A DNA stretch of 64,000 nt from an uncultured Oscillospiraceae bacterium. GTDB taxonomy: Bacteria; Bacillota; Clostridia; Oscillospirales; Oscillospiraceae. The position numbers and the translations under genes are program-made. The stretch is taken from NCBI GenBank assembly GCA_947625965.1, contig CANQQO010000001.1, positions 60,596 to 124,595 on the forward strand, given 5' to 3'. The notes under the pieces were generated by a model that was not told where the DNA came from, made no database searches, and saw only the letters and a program-made list of their open reading frames with translations. Numbering within the stretch: position 1 is the first letter of the stretch; each line of letters opens with the position of its first letter. Shown in pieces: positions 61,548-64,000 of the stretch.

Positions 61548-62638
61548 ACCGAAAGATCGTCCTGGAGGACGGCAGCGAATACCTGGGCACGGGGTTCGGG
61601 GACCCGGGGGACCGGGTCTGTGAGATCGTGTTCAACACCTCCATGGTGGGCTATCAGGAGATCGTCTCCGACCCCTCCTACACCTGCCAGATGGTGGTGA
61701 TGACCTACCCCCTCATTGGCAACTACGGCGTGGCCGACGAGGACTACGAGACCCGGGTCCCCACCATCGGGGCCCTGGCGGTCCGGGAGTACAACGACTT
61801 CCCCTCCAATTTCCGCTACACCAAGACTCTGGCGGAGGTGCTGGAGGAGTACCGGATCCCCGGCATCTCCGGCATCGACACCCGGATGCTGGCCCGGAGC
61901 ATCCGGGACTACGGCAGCCGGAAGGCCCTCTTGACCGGCAGCGACACCCCCAAGGAGGAGGCTCTGCGGATCCTGCGGGAGAGCGAGATCCCCAGGGATG
62001 TGGTGGCCCAGGTGAGCTGCAAGAAACGCTGGTACTCCCGCACCGCCAACGCCCAGTACAACGTGGTGGCGGTGGACTGCGGAATTAAATTGAATATCAT
62101 CCGATCTCTCAACGCCCGGGGCTGCAATGTGACCATCGTCCCCTACAACATCACCGCCCAGGCGTTGGAGCGGATGCGGCCCGACGGGATCTTCCTGTCC
62201 AACGGCCCCGGCAACCCGGAGGACGTGGGCTGTGTCATTGAGCTGGTGAAGCGGCTCAAGGGGAAGTACCCCATCTTCGGCATCTGCCTGGGCCATCAGA
62301 TCATCTCCCTGGCCTACGGCGCCAGGACTTACAAGCTGAAATTCGGCCATCGGGGCGGCAACCACCCGGTGAAGGACCTGCGGACCGGCAGGGTGGAGAT
62401 TACCTCCCAAAACCACAGCTACGCCGTGGACCCGGAGAGCCTGAAGGGCACGGACCTGACATTGACCCATGTGAACATTCTGGACAACACGGTGGAGGGG
62501 GTGGAGTGCCTCCGGGACCGGGTGTTCAGCGTCCAGTACCACCCGGAGAGCGCTCCGGGACCCCAGGACAGCGCGCAGCTATTTGACCAGTTTATCGCCA
62601 TGATGGAAAAGGAGAAACGCAATGCCGAAAAGAACTGA
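61532..62638 (+). CDS. carA: carbamoyl-phosphate synthase small (glutaminase) subunit
   Basis: Starts [30 protein letters not shown] and QYHPE triad motifs. Overlaps the pyrC end. Confidence 0.95.
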   Translation: MAERLNRKIVLEDGSEYLGTGFGDPGDRVCEIVFNTSMVGYQEIVSDPSYTCQMVVMTYPLIGNYGVADEDYETRVPTIGALAVREYNDFPSNFRYTKTLAEVLEEYRIPGISGIDTRMLARSIRDYGSRKALLTGSDTPKEEALRILRESEIPRDVVAQVSCKKRWYSRTANAQYNVVAVDCGIKLNIIRSLNARGCNVTIVPYNITAQALERMRPDGIFLSNGPGNPEDVGCVIELVKRLKGKYPIFGICLGHQIISLAYGARTYKLKFGHRGGNHPVKDLRTGRVEITSQNHSYAVDPESLKGTDLTLTHVNILDNTVEGVECLRDRVFSVQYHPESAPGPQDSAQLFDQFIAMMEKEKRNAEKN

Positions 62639-64000
62639 TCTGAAAAAGATCCTGGTCATCGGTTCCGGTCCCATTGTCATTGGCCAGGCGGCGGAATTTG
62701 ACTACGCCGGCACCCAGGCGTGTCTGGCGCTGAAGGAGGAGGGCTACGAGGTGGTCCTGTGCAACTCCAACCCCGCCACCATCATGACGGACACCTCCGT
62801 GGCCGACAAGGTGTATATGGAGCCCCTGACCCTGGAATATGTGGCCAAGATCGTCCGCTATGAGCGGCCCGACGCCATCGTCCCCGGCATCGGGGGCCAG
62901 ACGGGACTGAATTTGGCGGTCCAGCTTGAGAAGAAGGGCGTCCTGCGGGAGTGCCGCGCCGAGCTTCTGGGCACCAGCAGCAAGAGCATCGAGCGGGCGG
63001 AGGACCGGGAGCAGTTCAAGGCCCTGTGCCAGGAGCTGGGGGAGCCGGTGCTGCCCTCCGATATCTGCTCCACCATCGAAGAGGGGGTCCGGGTGGCCGC
63101 CCGGATCGGCTATCCCGTGGTGCTGCGGCCGGCCTTCACGCTGGGCGGCACCGGCGGCGGCTTCGCCGACAACGAGGAGGAGTGCCGCGCCCTGCTGAAA
63201 AACGGCCTGAAGCTCTCCCCGGTCCACCAGGTCCTGGTGGAGAAGAGCATCCGGGGCTTCAAGGAGATCGAGTATGAGGTGATGCGGGACGCCAACGACA
63301 CCGCCATCGCCATCTGCAATATGGAAAACCTGGACCCGGTGGGCATCCACACCGGCGATTCGGTGGTCATCTGCCCCTCCCAGACCCTGACCAACAAGGA
63401 GTACCAGATGCTCCGGGACAGCGCCCTTCGCATCATCCGGGCGCTCAAGATCGAGGGCGGCTGCAACATCCAGTTCGCGCTGGACCCGCTGTCCTTCCAG
63501 TATTACGTGATCGAGGTCAATCCCCGGGTGTCCCGGTCCTCGGCCCTGGCCTCCAAGGCCAGCGGCTACCCCATCGCCCGGGTCTCCGCTAAGATCGCCG
63601 TGGGCATGACCCTGGACGAGATCCGCATTGCCAACACCCCGGCTTCCTTTGAGCCGGCCCTGGACTATGTGGTGACCAAAATGCCCCGGTTCCCCTTCGA
63701 CAAGTTCACCACCGCCGACAACCGCCTCTCCACCCAGATGAAGGCCACCGGCGAGGTGATGAGCGTGGGCAGGACCCTGGAGGAGAGCCTCCTCAAGGCG
63801 GTCCGCTCCCTGGAGATCGGGGTGGACCACCTGTATATGAAGAAATTCGACGCCTGGGACGAGGATCAGCTCCTGCCCTACATCGCCGAGGGGCGGGACG
63901 ACCGGCTCTACGCCATTGCCGCCCTGATCCGCCGGGGGGAGGACCTGGGCCGTATCTGCGACATCACCAAGATCGATATGCTGTTCTTGGAGAAGATCCG
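62622..64000 (+). CDS. carB: carbamoyl-phosphate synthase large subunit (5' partial, runs off the window)
   Basis: Own translation from the ATG at 62622: [57 protein letters not shown]. Open to the window end, so it is absent from the closed-ORF track. Confidence 0.95.
   Translation, partial: MPKRTDLKKILVIGSGPIVIGQAAEFDYAGTQACLALKEEGYEVVLCNSNPATIMTDTSVADKVYMEPLTLEYVAKIVRYERPDAIVPGIGGQTGLNLAVQLEKKGVLRECRAELLGTSSKSIERAEDREQFKALCQELGEPVLPSDICSTIEEGVRVAARIGYPVVLRPAFTLGGTGGGFADNEEECRALLKNGLKLSPVHQVLVEKSIRGFKEIEYEVMRDANDTAIAICNMENLDPVGIHTGDSVVICPSQTLTNKEYQMLRDSALRIIRALKIEGGCNIQFALDPLSFQYYVIEVNPRVSRSSALASKASGYPIARVSAKIAVGMTLDEIRIANTPASFEPALDYVVTKMPRFPFDKFTTADNRLSTQMKATGEVMSVGRTLEESLLKAVRSLEIGVDHLYMKKFDAWDEDQLLPYIAEGRDDRLYAIAALIRRGEDLGRICDITKIDMLFLEKI

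Overview
High-GC (by eye about 65%) chromosomal window from a spore-forming Firmicute of the Clostridia type (spoIIR, spoVAD/spoVAE, addAB, T-box, HPr kinase). An Oscillospiraceae/Ruminococcaceae-like origin is only a guess. Most of the window is housekeeping. It holds a complete eight-gene shikimate/aromatic amino acid operon (aroF-tyrA-aroB-aroA-aroC-pheA-aroE/K-aroQ, minus strand, 16.7-24.6 kb), pheST behind a T-box leader, and addBA. It also holds pcrA, mnmA, hprK, coaX, rpmB, ispE and pyrC-carAB, plus two pairs of heterodimeric ABC exporters. No rRNA, tRNA, CRISPR array, transposase or integrase was seen. Six observations seem most worth a second look. (1) Six copies of a roughly 180-240 bp multi-hairpin intergenic repeat sit at gene ends. 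Four copies are bracketed by duplicated, locus-specific GC-rich hairpins, and compensatory base changes preserve the internal stems, so this looks like a MITE or a structured RNA. (2) A 21-codon Phe/Tyr-rich leader ORF plus an intrinsic terminator lies upstream of the aromatic operon, which suggests ribosome-mediated attenuation rather than a T-box. (3) A translationally coupled three-gene unit encodes a small unknown protein, a patatin phospholipase, and a membrane protein with tandem Cys/His repeats and a zinc ribbon. (4) A 42-aa Asn/Gln-only peptide gene is appended to spoVAD-spoVAE. (5) A LytTR regulator and a kinase without transmembrane segments sit next to 21-bp-phased direct repeats in front of an ABC exporter pair. 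(6) An atypical Ser/Thr kinase with an Ig/Fn3-like ectodomain is divergent from a zinc-ribbon/Big_2 membrane protein. All functional calls rest on motif recognition by eye in the translated ORFs. No database search was run.
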